Notes: generated by a model from the letters alone, not told the origin. Positions 29,667-41,234 are shown, counted from the first letter of the stretch. The stretch is 64,000 bases of DNA from an uncultured Alphaproteobacteria bacterium (GCA_963823115.1 CAWGKJ010000015.1:70795-134794); one strand, 5' to 3'. Made by a program: numbers and translations.

Positions 29667-30497
29667 GTGCAGACGTTCAAAGCCGCCGAATATAAAGCGA
29701 CACATTTTCAGTGGGAGGTTTTGGGAAAGGTTGGGACGATTACCCTGAACCGGCCGGAACGCAAGAACCCGCTGACTTTCGAGAGCTACGCCGAGCTCAG
29801 GGACCTATTTCGAAGCCTGTCCTATGCAAGCGATGTGAAGACCGTGGTCGTTACTGGCGCGGGCGGAAATTTCTGCTCGGGCGGCGACGTGCATGAGATT
29901 ATCGGTCCGCTGGTGAAAATGCAGGAGGCCGACGACATGCAGGGCCTGCTTGCGTTCACGCGCATGACGGGCGATCTGGTCAAGGCGATGCGGCATTGTC
30001 CGCAGCCGATTATCGCCGCGGTGGACGGCATCTGCGCGGGGGCGGGGGCGATCGTTGCCATGGCGTCCGATATGCGGTTCGGTACGCCGCGGGCGAAGAC
30101 GGCCTTCCTGTTCGTGCGTGTCGGGCTTGCCGGCGCCGACATGGGTGCCTGCGCCATCCTGCCGCGTATCATCGGGCAAGGTCGCGCGTCGGAGCTTCTC
30201 TACACCGGACGTGTCATGACCAGCGAGGAGGCCGACAAATGGGGCTTCTTCAACCGCGTTGTGGCGCCGGAAGAGGTTCTGGCGGCGGCTCAGACGCTGG
30301 CAAAGGAACTCGCCGACGGCCCGACGTTCGGCCATGCCATGACCAAGAACTGTTTGCACCAGGAATGGGCACTCGACGTCGATTCCGCCATTGAGGCCGA
30401 AGCGCAAGCGCAGGCGATCTGCATGCAGACCAAGGATTACGGCCGGGCCTATCGCGCCTTCGTTGCCAAGCAGAAGCCCGTATTCGAGGGGAATTGA
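29667..30497 (+). CDS. Enoyl-CoA hydratase-family protein of the type found in 2-aminobenzoyl-CoA (abm) clusters
   Basis: [56 protein letters not shown]. Confidence 0.85.
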   Translation: MQTFKAAEYKATHFQWEVLGKVGTITLNRPERKNPLTFESYAELRDLFRSLSYASDVKTVVVTGAGGNFCSGGDVHEIIGPLVKMQEADDMQGLLAFTRMTGDLVKAMRHCPQPIIAAVDGICAGAGAIVAMASDMRFGTPRAKTAFLFVRVGLAGADMGACAILPRIIGQGRASELLYTGRVMTSEEADKWGFFNRVVAPEEVLAAAQTLAKELADGPTFGHAMTKNCLHQEWALDVDSAIEAEAQAQAICMQTKDYGRAYRAFVAKQKPVFEGN

Positions 30498-31679
30498 TGG
30501 CCGACCGGAGCTTCCTCTCCTGGCCATTCCTGGAGCCACGTCACCAGGATTTGTATGATTCCGTTGACGCCTGGGCGTCAGCCAATCATGCGATCCTGCA
30601 CGGCGAGGATGAGTCGAGCGTTGCCGCCGCGGCGACTGTTCGCCGCATCGTCGCGGAATTCGGGAAATCCGGGCTGCTGGCGATCGCCACCGGTGGCGGG
30701 AAGGGCACATTCCACGGGCCGCTCGATGCGCGCAGCCTATGCATCTGCCGTGAGGTCCTGGCGCGTCACGCGGGACTTCGCCGATTTTGCGTTTGCGATG
30801 CAGGGGCTCGGCACGGGGCCGATCGGCTTGTTCGGTACGGACGAGCAGAAGAGCCGCTGGCTGCCGGCCGTTGCGCAGGGCAAGGCGATCTCCGCTTTCG
30901 CGCTCTCGGAGGCGGCCGCTGGTTCGGACGTGTCCGCTCTCGCCATGAGTGCGACACGCGACGGGAACGGTTGGCGGCTCGACGGCGAGAAGACGTGGAT
31001 TTCCAACGCGGGTATCGCCGATCTCTATGTCGTGTTCGCGCGTACTGGCGAGGCGCCGGGCGCTAAGGGCCTGTCGGCCTTCGTCGTGGAGGCTACAACG
31101 CCGGGCTTCTCCGTCCCCAAGACAATCGACCTCATCGCGCCACACCCGATAGGCAAGCTCGCCTTCGCTGGTGTTAAAGTGACGGAGGCCGATCTGCTCG
31201 GCGCGTCCGGTCAAGGGTTCCAGATCGCCATGGCCACTCTGGACGTATTCCGTTCGACCGTCGGCGCCGCCGCTCTCGGCTTCGCGCGGCGGGCACTGGA
31301 CGAGGCGTTAAAGCATGCCAGCGCGCGCAAATTGTTCGGTCAGCCCTTGTCCGATTTCCAACTCACGCGCGCCAAGCTCGCCGACATGGCGCTCGCGATC
31401 GATGCAGCCGCATTGCTGATTTACCGCGCCGCTTGGACAAAAGATGTGAAAGGCGCGCGCATCAGCCGCGAATCCAGCATGGCGAAGCTGTTCGCCACCG
31501 AGGAGGCGCAGAAAGTCATCGACTCCGCCGTGCAAATCTTCGGCGGCCTCGGCGTCACCCACGGCCACATCGCCGAAAAGCTCTATCGTGAGATCAGGGC
31601 ATTGCGGATCTACGAAGGCGCAAGCGAGGTCCAGAAACTCGTCATCGCGACGCGCGTTCTCGCCGAATTCCAGGCCTAG
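30497..31679 (+). CDS. Acyl-CoA dehydrogenase, +1 frameshift at ~30777
   Basis: [11 protein letters not shown]..., then [45 protein letters not shown]. Confidence 0.87.
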
Positions 31680-31703
31680 ACTGGAACGTCGTTGCCGGCG
31701 GGG

Positions 31704-32162
31704 TCAGGCTCCGTCGGCGGTGGAGCGAGCCGGGACCTTGGCGTCCGCCTTTGTGCCACCCTTGTGCCTTTCGATGATCCTGAGCAGCGTGGTGATCGAT
31801 ATCGAACGCAGCGAAGCAATCGCGAAGTCATCGATCTCGCGAAGAACCTTGTGCAACGCGCGGCCTTCATCCAGGTAAACGGGCGGCGAATCTTCCGCGT
31901 CGCGGCCGACCTCTTCGAACAGTTCGATGACGTCGAGCAGTGTCACGCGCTTTGCATTTCCCGAGAAGCGGTAGCCGCCGCCAGCGCCGCGCACAGATTC
32001 AACGAGTTTCGCGCGCACCAGACTTCGCAGCACTTTGGCCAGGTGATTGAGCGAAATATCGTATTTAGTCGCGATTTGAGCGGCAGAAATCTGTTGATCG
32101 GAATGCGCCGCAAGCTCCAGTACCGCATAAAGTCCGCAAAGCGTCGCCTTTTGTAACTTCAT
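31704..32162 (-). CDS. badM: Rrf2-family repressor, BadM-like (no Fe-S cysteine triad)
   Basis: LYAVLELA, HLAKVL..L, VESVRGAGGGY. Adjacent to a badL-like GNAT. Confidence 0.78.
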   Translation of the reverse strand: MKLQKATLCGLYAVLELAAHSDQQISAAQIATKYDISLNHLAKVLRSLVRAKLVESVRGAGGGYRFSGNAKRVTLLDVIELFEEVGRDAEDSPPVYLDEGRALHKVLREIDDFAIASLRSISITTLLRIIERHKGGTKADAKVPARSTADGA

Positions 32163-32244
32163 CGGCTTCGTTCTTCTGACAGATTGCGCCCGACCAGGAC
32201 GCCCCGAACGGGCGCCGCAAACGGACTCAAAGCGACTTCAAAGT

Positions 32245-32724
32245 TTAGTCGAGGTCTTTCTCCAACTGAATAAACGGTCCTGCCATCATCCCCAGGCTTC
32301 GAAAGAAAGCCTGGACGAGATGATTGTCGCGTTTCAGCATTGTTCGCACCTTCTCGATACCGGCCTGCCTGAAAGTTTCGCACAAAGCCTCGAAAAGCCG
32401 GGTTCCCACGTTGTGCACCCGGATCTCCTGGTCGACGTTCAAAGCAAAGACCCAGCCACAAGGCTCAGATCCGAATTCGAACGCCCTGACCTCGCCGGTG
32501 ATGAAGCCTACCACCCGCCCGTGCTGTTCGGCGACCAGAAACGCCCGGCCGCTGCCACGCGATTGCTGAAAATCGGTGAATAAATCCTGCCAATACTGGC
32601 GCTTGGCTTGGCCAGTCGTCTTTTCATCGAGACTTGCGATCCAGGGAATATCACCGGCCTGTGCCGTCCGTATTTCGACATCGCCGAATGGAAGATCTCC
32701 CTCCAGCTTGGTCGGACTGTTCAT
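32245..32724 (-). CDS. badL: GNAT acetyltransferase, BadL-like
   Basis: GFITGEVRAFEFGSEPCGWVF, FFRSLGMMAGPFIQLE. Upstream of badM. Confidence 0.78.
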   Translation of the reverse strand: MNSPTKLEGDLPFGDVEIRTAQAGDIPWIASLDEKTTGQAKRQYWQDLFTDFQQSRGSGRAFLVAEQHGRVVGFITGEVRAFEFGSEPCGWVFALNVDQEIRVHNVGTRLFEALCETFRQAGIEKVRTMLKRDNHLVQAFFRSLGMMAGPFIQLEKDLD

Positions 32725-32783
32725 TCCCGTCTCCCGCTTTGCTCCGGTCTGGCTGTTAGACGCCCGAATGACGCGATTAGCTA

Positions 32784-32797
32784 TTGATCTGAATCAA
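32784..32797. promoter_or_regulatory. Perfect FNR/AadR box between badL and the iaa operon
   Basis: TTGAT-CTGA-ATCAA. Confidence 0.85.
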
Positions 32798-32830
32798 AGA
32801 CACTTGGCAATCGGGCTATATCTTGGCTTA

Positions 32831-32838
32831 TGTATACA
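32831..32838. promoter_or_regulatory. Candidate GntR/FadR operator core
   Basis: TGTATACA palindrome about 40 bp upstream of the GntR gene. Confidence 0.4.
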
Positions 32839-32879
32839 GTACACGGAATGCGGTATCCGCGACAAGAAACGGCAAGATA

Positions 32880-33578
32880 ATGGGAGCGCTCAAGACCCTC
32901 GAACGCCCGCGTTCTCTGGGGGATCGTGCCTATCACAGTCTCCGCGAACACCTGCGTTCCGGGGTGATCGTGATCGGCCAGCCGCTGCAGGAAGAGGTGC
33001 TTGCGGCACAGCTTGGCGTCTCGCGCACACCGGTGCGCGAAGCCCTGACCAGACTGGCAAGCGAGGGTTTGCTGGTATCCGACGGACGAAGTTTTGTCGT
33101 TCCGGCGCTCACCGAACGTGACATTGACGAGATTTACGAGCTGCGCCTGATGCTGGAGCCCGAGGCGCTGCGGCGCGTGGCCGAGGAAATGACCGATCCG
33201 GGCAAGCTGCGCGGACTGCGCCGTAACCTGGTGGCGATGCGCGCCGCCCACGCGGCGGATGACGCCGAGGCCTTCATGAAGGGCAACTACGGCTACCGCG
33301 CCGCCTGGATGGAACTGGTGCCCAACCGAAAGCTGGTGCGTGCCATCGAGCTTTACGCCGACCATGTGCGTTTCCTGCGCTCGCTTACCCTGGGTGACCG
33401 GAAGACCCGCGAGGTGGTGATGAAGGGCCTCAAACGCTTGCTCGAGAGCCTGGCGGCGGCTGATGGCGACGGCGCTGCCATCGCCATGCGCGGCCATCTG
33501 ATCGAGGCCAAGCGCATCCTCGGCAAGGCGATCGAACCTGAACAACGTTTGGACGGTGAGCATGACACACCAGGCTGA
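32880..33578 (+). CDS. iaaR: GntR-family (FCD) regulator of the iaa cluster
   Basis: LAAQLGVSRTPVREAL, EIYELRLMLE. First gene of the iaa block. Confidence 0.82.
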   Translation: MGALKTLERPRSLGDRAYHSLREHLRSGVIVIGQPLQEEVLAAQLGVSRTPVREALTRLASEGLLVSDGRSFVVPALTERDIDEIYELRLMLEPEALRRVAEEMTDPGKLRGLRRNLVAMRAAHAADDAEAFMKGNYGYRAAWMELVPNRKLVRAIELYADHVRFLRSLTLGDRKTREVVMKGLKRLLESLAAADGDGAAIAMRGHLIEAKRILGKAIEPEQRLDGEHDTPG

Positions 33579-34768
33579 GATTCCCTACGGCGCCTATTGG
33601 AGCACACCGTTTGCCCGATGGCAGGGCGCCTATGCCAATCTGAACTCGCTCGAGTTCGCCGCCCGGGTGGTGAAGGCCGAGTTGGCGGCGCGCGGCATTC
33701 CTGCCGAGACCTTCGACCATGGTGTCCTCGGCATCAGCGTGCCGCAGAAGCACTCATTTTACGGCATGCCTTGGCTGGCCGGGATGGCGGGGCTGGGTCA
33801 CATCAGCGGGCCGACGATCATGCAGGCTTGCGCCACGGGCGCGCGGGTGCTGCTCGCTGCGGTGCAGGAAGTCGATGCGGGCCTGTCGCAGACGTCCATC
33901 GCGATAACCTGCGACCGCACATCGAACGGGCCGCACCTTTATTACCCCAATCCGCGTGGCCCGGGCGGCACCGGCGCGCACGAGGACTGGGTGATGGACA
34001 ATTTCGGCTGCGATCCGCTCGGTCCGCATTCCATGCTTCAGACGGCGGAGAACGTCGCGACCAAGTACCAGATACCGACATCCGCCCAGCATGAGGTCGT
34101 GCTGATGCGGGAGGCTCAGTATCGCGACGCGCTGGCCGCCGACAGTTCCTTTCTCCGGCGGTTCATGCGGCTGCCCTTTGAGGTGCCAGATCCGTCTTTC
34201 CGTAAAACGGCCGCCACCCTGGCCGGCGACGAGGGGGCATCTCAGTCGACTGCCGAGGGCTTGGCTCGGCTGAAACCGGTGATGTCCGGCGGCAGCGTTA
34301 CGTTCGGCGGCCAAACTCACCCCGCCGACGGGAACGCTGCGATCGTCGTGGCCAGCCCCGATCGGGCGCGCGAACTGAGCCGCAATCCGAAGATCCGGGT
34401 TCGCCTGCTCGGTTTCGGGAGCGCCCGTGTGGCGCTTGCTCACATGCCCGAGGCTACCGTTCCGGCGGCGAAGCGGGCGTTGGCCGCAGCCGGACAAGTC
34501 GATCGACCAGATGGACGCGATCAAGACCCACAATCCGTTCGCTGTGAACGACGTCTTCTTCGCCCGCGAAACCGGCGCCGACATCGGCAAGATGAACAAT
34601 TTCGGCTGTTCCCTGGTTTGGGGCCATCCGCAGGCGCCGATGGGAACCCGCTCGGTCATCGAATTGATCGAGGAACTGGCTTTGCGCGGCGGCGGTCTTG
34701 GACTGTTCACCGGGTGCGCCGCGGGAGATTCCTCGATGGCCGTCGTGATTGACGTGTCCGACAGGTAG
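33562..34768 (+). CDS. iaaA: Thiolase of the anaerobic IAA pathway, +1 frameshift at ~34494
   Basis: QACATG, THPADGNA, then HNPFAVND and NNFGCSLVWGHPQAPMG...GCAAG in the next frame. Confidence 0.8.
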
Positions 34769-34773
34769 GCAAA

Positions 34774-36294
34774 ATGGACCTGGCGCACTGGATCGAGCGG
34801 CACGCCGCATTTGACCCGGGCAAACCGGCGATCTTGTTCGCCGGCAGCGAGATTAGCTATGCGGCGCTGGCGGCGGACATCCGTCTTGCCATCGGGCGGC
34901 TAGCTGAAGCTTGGCGTGCGTCCGGGCGAGGTGGTCGCCTATCTCGGCTTCAACCATCCGGCAAATCTGGTACTGCTGTTTGCCTGCGCCAGGATCGGAG
35001 CCATCCTGCTGCCGCTCAACTGGCGCCTTGCCGCGCCCGAACACGCCCGCATCCTTGCCGACGCCGCCGTCCGCGCAATCATCGTCGAGGCGGGCTTTGT
35101 CGCCCATGCCGAGAGCCTGCGCGCCAGCCGGCCGGAGACCCTTTGGCTGGTTTTGGAAGCCGCGGTGCCGGGCTGGTCGTCATGGCAAGACGTCGAGCCC
35201 GCCGCCGCTCCCGGGCGTCGAGACGCGGAACTCCAGGTCGGATCCGCTGCTGCTCTGCTATACGTCCGGCTCCACCGGAGCGCCCAAGGGCGTGGTGCTG
35301 ACCCAGGAGGCGCTGTTATGCAACGCCCTCAACAGCGTCCACATGCACGATCTCACGTCGGACGACCGCATCCTGACGACGTTGCCGCTGTTCCATGTTG
35401 GCGGACTCAACATCCTGACGCTGCCGGCGCTGCATGCTGGCGCCATCGTGGAACTGCACCCGAAATTCGACCCGAACGAGACCTTCGACGCCATCGAACG
35501 CCGGCGGATCACGCTGACCGTGCTGGTGCCCGCCCAGCTGACGCCGATGATGGAGCATCCCCGTTGGCCGCAAGCCGATTTGTCCAGCTTGCGGGTAATC
35601 TCGACGGGATCGACCATCGTCTCCGCCTCGTTCGTCCGCCGGGTGAACGCGCGGGGCCCGCTGCTTATCCAGGTCTACGGATCGACCGAGACCAGTCCGA
35701 TCGCCACCTATCTGCGTGCCCGCGATGCCGTGCGCAAAGCGGGGTCTGCCGGATTGCCGGCTCTGCATTGCGACGTCCGCATCGTCGATGCCGATGGTTA
35801 CGACCTGCCGCCGGGCAGCGACGGCGAGATACTGGTCCGCGGCGCCAACGTCATGCGCGACTACTGGAACCGGCCCGAACAGACCGCTCAGGCGCTGCAA
35901 GGTGGCTGGTACCATTCAGGCGACATCGGGCATTTCGACGCCGAGGGCTATCTCTATGTCGTCGCCCGCAAGAACGACATGATCATCTCCGGCGGCGAGA
36001 ACATCTATCCGGCCGAGATCGAGGCGGTGCTGGAGGAATGTCCGGCCATCGCCGAGGTCAGCGTCGTCGGCCGGCCGGACGAGCGCTGGGGCGAGACGGT
36101 GGTGGCGGCGGTGGCGCTGAAATCCGGCGCCGTCATGAGCGAGGCTGACGTGCTGGCGCTGCTGGCGGGCCGCATCGCCCGCTACAAGCAGCCGCGCGAA
36201 GTTCGCTTTGTTACCGCACTGCCGCGGTCAGTCGATGGGCAAGGTCAAGAAACAGGAACTGCGGGCTGCCCTTGCCATCTCGGCCACGGCATAG
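34774..36294 (+). CDS. iaaB: AMP-forming CoA ligase of the iaa cluster, three +1 frameshifts (~34900, ~35225, ~36230)
   Basis: PLNWRL, YTSGSTGAPKG, LPLFHVGG, YGSTE, SGDIG, MIISGGENIYPAE and a terminal GKVKK spread across frames. Confidence 0.8.
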
Positions 36295-36315
36295 GCGCAA
36301 AGATCGGGGATCTCC

Positions 36316-38446
36316 ATGGGATTGAAAATCGCCATCGACGTCGGGGGAACCTTCACCGATTTCATTTTCTTTGACGGCGACGGCGAGTTGCGGATCTACA
36401 AGGTTCTGTCAACGCCCGACGATCCGTCCATTGCGGTCGTCACCGGGTTGCGCGAGATCGCGGAGGTGATGGCGCCGGGCGGCAGCTTCTCCTCCTTTAT
36501 CGGCTCCGTCGATACGATCGTCCACGGCACGACGGTTGCCACGAACGCCACGCTCACCCACACCGGGGCGGTGTCGGGGCTGCTCACGACGCTGGGCGTG
36601 CGCGATGCGCTGGAGATGCGCCGCGGCATCCGCGAGCGCCAATATGACAACCGCTTCACCAATGTGAAGCCATTGGTGCCGCGCTATCTGAGGGTGGGAG
36701 TCGGTGGACGGCTCGACCGCAACGGCGACGAGCAGACGCCGCTGTCGCTGGACGACATCGAGCGCGCGATCGCCCTCTTCCGCCAGGAGGGGGTCGAGGC
36801 AGTGTCGATCTGCTTTATGAACGCCTTCGCCAACCCGGCTCACGAGCAGGCCGCCGCCGAGATGGTGCGGCGCGAACTGCCCGAAGCCTATCTTTCGGTC
36901 TCTTCCGACCTTCTGCCCTCGATCCGGTTCTATGAGCGGATCAGCACCACCGCGCTCAACTCCTATGTGGGGCCCAAACTCAACCGCTATCTCGATCGTC
37001 TGGTGACGCGGCTGAAGGAACACGGCTTCGCCGGTCTCCTGCTCATCATGCAGTCCAACGGCGGCGTCGTGTCGCCTCAAGTCGCCCGCGACAAAGCGGC
37101 GCTCACCTTGCTCTCCGGCCCGGCCGGCGGGCCTGGCGCCGGCATGTTTTACGCCCGCGCGCTTGGGGCCGATTGCTGCATCACCACCGATATGGGCGGC
37201 ACCAGCTTCGAGGCTTCGGTAGCCTTCGGCGCCCCGGCTGCGGTCAATGACGGCGAGATCGCGCGTCACAAGATCGCGCTGCCGATGCTGGACATCCACA
37301 CCATCGGCGCCGGCGGCGGCTCCATCGGCTGGCTCGATGAGGGCGGCATGCTGCGGATGGGCCCCCAAAGCGCCGGCGCTTCGCCGGGACCGGCGTGCTA
37401 TGGCAAGGGCGGGACCCTGCCGACGACCACCGATGCAAATCTGATCCTCGGCTATCTCGATCCCGATTATTTTGCCGGCGGCAAGATGCGCCTCGACATG
37501 GATGCGGCGCGGCGCGCCGTCGCGACCAGCATCGCCCAGCCGATGAAGCTGACGGTGGAAGAGGCGGCCGCGGGCATGTATCGGGTTGCCTGCAACAACA
37601 TGGCGCAGGGTGTCCGCGAGGTTACCATCAAGCGCGGCTACGATCCTCGCGAGTTCCCCTTTATCGCCGCCGGCGGCGCCGGGCCGATACATTCCTGCCT
37701 GATCTGCAACGAATTGGAAATTCCGTTGCAGATCGTGCCACGCTCATCGTCGGTGCTATGCGCCTTCGGCATGTTGCTGTCCGACCTCAAGCACGATTTC
37801 GTCCGCACCATCGTCGCGCGCCTCGACGCCCTCGATTGGGTGCGCCTCGCCGGCGTTATCGGCGACATGCGCTTCGCCGGCGACGCCGCTCTCGACGAGG
37901 AGAGTATGCCCGCGGCGCGCCGCCGCCACGTCGTCCGCTTCGACTGCCGCTATATCAAGCAGTATCACGAAGTCTCCTTCGTCGTGGCGGATGCAGCGCT
38001 TGCCGCGCGCGATGCCGACGCCATCGCGACGGCGTTCCATCGCGAGCACAATCGCCTGTACGGCTATTCGCTGGAAGCCGAAAAGACGCCGGTCGAACTC
38101 ATCAATGTCCGCCTGCAAGCGATCGGCGCGGCAGTCGCGCCGCGCTGGGCCGAGCAGCGCCGTGAGGGAAAGGACGCCGGCCACGCCTGCAAGGGCGAGC
38201 GCGCGGTTTATATCCCCGAGACCATGGCATTCGTACCGGTGCCGATCTACGACGGCCACCGCCTGCGCGCCGGCAACCAGATCGTCGGCCCGGCCATGAT
38301 CGAGACAGAGACGACGGCGACCTTCGTCTCTTCCGGCTACGACTGTGCTGGTCGACCGCTACGGCTCGGCGGTGCTCTATCGCAAGGGCCGGGAAGACCT
38401 GGTGAAGGGCAGCTTCGCTGCGGAACTGGCGGAGATGGCGCAATGA
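36316..38446 (+). CDS. iaaC: Hydantoinase/oxoprolinase A subunit (ATP-dependent 2-oxoindoleacetate ring opening), +1 frameshift at ~38350
   Basis: DVGGTFTD, HGTTVATN, SGPAGG, DMGGTS, GAGGGS. Corrected tail VDRYGSAVL...AEMAQ* overlaps the next ATG. Confidence 0.83.
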
Positions 38447-40110
38447 AAATCGATCCCATCCTGCTGTCGGTCTACGCGCGCACCTTCAAGTCGATCACCG
38501 ACGAGATGTCGATATCGATGCAGCAGACGACGCGCTCGCCGATTCTCTGCGAGGCCAAGGACTATGTCACCGGCCTCTATGACGCCGAAGGGCGCATGCT
38601 GGAGCAGACCGAGAACCTGCCGATCCTGGCTTTCTCGCTGGCTCCCGTGTGCAAGTACATCCGCGACTACTACAAGGACGACCTGCATCCCGGCGATGTC
38701 ATCTTTCACAACGACGTGTTTTCGCTGGGCAACCAGAACAACGACGTCGCCGTCTACATGCCGATCTTCTACGACGACGAACTGGTCGCGTGGACAGCCG
38801 TGAAGGGCCATCAAGCCGACATCGGCGGCGCCGTCGCCGGCGGATATAACCCCAACGCCGTCGAGGTCTGGCAGGAAGCGCTGCGCATCCCTCCGATCAA
38901 AGTCTACGAGAAGGGCAAGCTGCGGCGCGACGTCTGGAACCTGATCTTCGCCAACATCCGCTTCGACATCGTCGAGCACGACATGAAGGCCGAGATCGGC
39001 GCCTGCCGCGTCGGCGAGCGCCGCATGATCGATTTGATAAAGAAGCACGGCAGACCCAGCTTCGAAGCCCACAAGGATGCGCTGTTTGACGTCACCAGGA
39101 AGATGATGGAGGCCGAGATCGCCACCATCCCCAACGGGGTCTACCACGGGGAAGGCCGCGTCTATTACGACGGCCGCCACATCGGGTCGCAATTCACCAT
39201 CCGCGTGACCATCACCGTCGAGGACAAGCGCATCAAGTTCGACTATTCCCGAACCGACGCGCAGACCAACGGCTTCGTCAATGGCACTTTCACCTCGAGC
39301 GCATCTGCCACCATCCTGACCCTGCTGCAGATGGTCAATCCGGACATCCCTCACAACGAGGGCATGATCGCGCCGATAGAGATCGTCATTCCCGAGGGCA
39401 CGATTCTCAACGCCAGCTATCCCAAGGCGACAACGTTCGGCAACCATCTGTGTCCTCCCAATGCAGATGCCATCCAGCGGGCGCTGGCCGATGTGATGCC
39501 CGACCGCGTCACCGCCGGCTGGAACAATTTGCTGTGCTCGCTGACCACCGGCATCGATCCGCACAAGGGCGAGAAGTATGTCGACATCGGTTTCATGGGA
39601 CTGAAGGGCGGCTCGGGCGCCATGCGCGGGACCGACGGCTATGACCATATCGGCATGATTGACGCATCCGGCGGCGTCCTCGACCAGGACTATGAGATGT
39701 TCGAGCAGCAGACGCCGCATCTGCTGATCAAACACGAATACCTCACGGATTCTGCCGGACCCGGCGAGTGGCGCGGCGGCCTCGGCGTCGAGACGATCTT
39801 TACGATCGGCTCCGACGACACCCAATTGGTCACCTTCGGCGATGGCGATTTCGAGCCCGCCTTCGGCTTGTTCGGGGGCGGCAAGGGCACGCTCAACTTC
39901 ATCCGGCTGACCTATCCCGATGGAACGGAGGTCATACCGAAGAACAAGGACCTGATCGTCAACGTGCCCAAGGGCACGCTCTACCATCAGGCGGCTGGCG
40001 GCGGTGGGGGCTATGGCGATCCGGCCAGGCGGGACAAAGCGCGGCTGCGCGACGAGGTGCGCGACGGCGTGATTTCGGCAACAGCGGCAGAGAGGGTCTA
40101 TGGACTTTGA
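38443..40110 (+). CDS. iaaE: Hydantoinase/oxoprolinase B subunit
   Basis: MKIDPILLSV, HQADIGG, EALRIPP, SAGPGEWRGG, GGGGYGDP. GGAG RBS before ATG 38443. Confidence 0.85.
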   Translation: MKIDPILLSVYARTFKSITDEMSISMQQTTRSPILCEAKDYVTGLYDAEGRMLEQTENLPILAFSLAPVCKYIRDYYKDDLHPGDVIFHNDVFSLGNQNNDVAVYMPIFYDDELVAWTAVKGHQADIGGAVAGGYNPNAVEVWQEALRIPPIKVYEKGKLRRDVWNLIFANIRFDIVEHDMKAEIGACRVGERRMIDLIKKHGRPSFEAHKDALFDVTRKMMEAEIATIPNGVYHGEGRVYYDGRHIGSQFTIRVTITVEDKRIKFDYSRTDAQTNGFVNGTFTSSASATILTLLQMVNPDIPHNEGMIAPIEIVIPEGTILNASYPKATTFGNHLCPPNADAIQRALADVMPDRVTAGWNNLLCSLTTGIDPHKGEKYVDIGFMGLKGGSGAMRGTDGYDHIGMIDASGGVLDQDYEMFEQQTPHLLIKHEYLTDSAGPGEWRGGLGVETIFTIGSDDTQLVTFGDGDFEPAFGLFGGGKGTLNFIRLTYPDGTEVIPKNKDLIVNVPKGTLYHQAAGGGGGYGDPARRDKARLRDEVRDGVISATAAERVYGL

Positions 40111-41234
40111 TCTGACCGAGCAGCAGCGCGCCATCAAGGCCAATTTCGCGCGCTTTAGTGACGAGCGGATCGCGCCCCGGGCGGCCGCGATCGACGAGGC
40201 GCACGCGTTCCCGCGCGACATTCTTGCCGAGTTGGCCGAGATTGGCCTGTTCGGCATGCGCTATCCCGAGGCGGACGGCGGCAGCGGCCTCGGCCTCATC
40301 GAGTTCTGTCTCGCGATCGAGGAAATCGCGCGCGGCTCGATGTCGGTTGCCGCCGCCGCCACCATGCAGTCGCTGATGGGCACCAAGTTCCTGCATATGC
40401 TGGGCAGCGACGACATCAGGGAACGCCTGTTCAAACCGGCATTGGCCGGCCTCAAGATCGGCGCCATCTGCATGACCGAACCGAACGCGGGCAGCGATCT
40501 CGACGGCATCGCCACGTCGGCGCGGGTGGTCGATGGCGGCTACGTCCTCAACGGGCAGAAGACATGGGTGACCTCGGCGCCGGTCGCCGACTTCTTCACC
40601 GTGTTCGCAAAAGCGGGCGCGGAAAAAAAGCTGACCATCTTCCTGGTCGAACGCTCGTTCGAAGGGCTGAAGATCGGTCGCTCGATCGAGAAGATGGGCG
40701 TGTGGGCGCTGCCGACCTCGGAAATCGCATTCGATGACTGCTTCGTCCCGATCGGATCATCGGCTGTCCGCCGAAGAAGGCGACGGCGAGGGCCATCTGC
40801 GCAAGACGCTGGCGGAAATCCGCATCGTTACCGGGGCGCTGGCCAACGGCATCGCCCGCGCCGCGCTCGACGCCGCAATCCGCTACGCCGCCGAGCGCCG
40901 GCAGTTCGGAAAAGCCATCAACCGCTATCAGGCCATTCAGATGAAGCTGGCCGAGATGGCGACGTCGCTTGAAGCGGCGACCCACCTCGTCATGCACGCC
41001 GCACGGCTGCGCGACGCAGGCAAGCCGCACCACAAGCAGGCGGCGATGGCCAAGTTGTTCGCCAGCGAGACCGCCGCCGCGGTATGCGATCAGGCTGCGC
41101 GGGTCTTCGCTTCCTACGGTTTTGCCATGGAATATCCGGTGCAGCGTTATCTTCGCGATGTCCGTTTCACCCTGATCGGCGGCGGCACCAGCGAGATCTT
41201 GAAATTCATCATCGCCAAGGAGGTATCGGCATGA
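40100..41234 (+). CDS. iaaF: Acyl-CoA dehydrogenase ((amino)benzylmalonyl-CoA dehydrogenase-like), +1 frameshift at ~40751
   Basis: MTEPNAGSD, NGQKTWVT, RRQFGK, YLRDVRFTLIGGGTSEI. Located between hydantoinase and mutase genes. Confidence 0.82.

Noticed and set aside
36316-40110. Apparent 1264-aa hydantoinase A-B fusion
   Set aside because: A +1 base at ~38350 explains it. The shifted frame gives a normal A-subunit tail ending at TGA 38444-38446, overlapping an RBS-preceded ATG at 38443.
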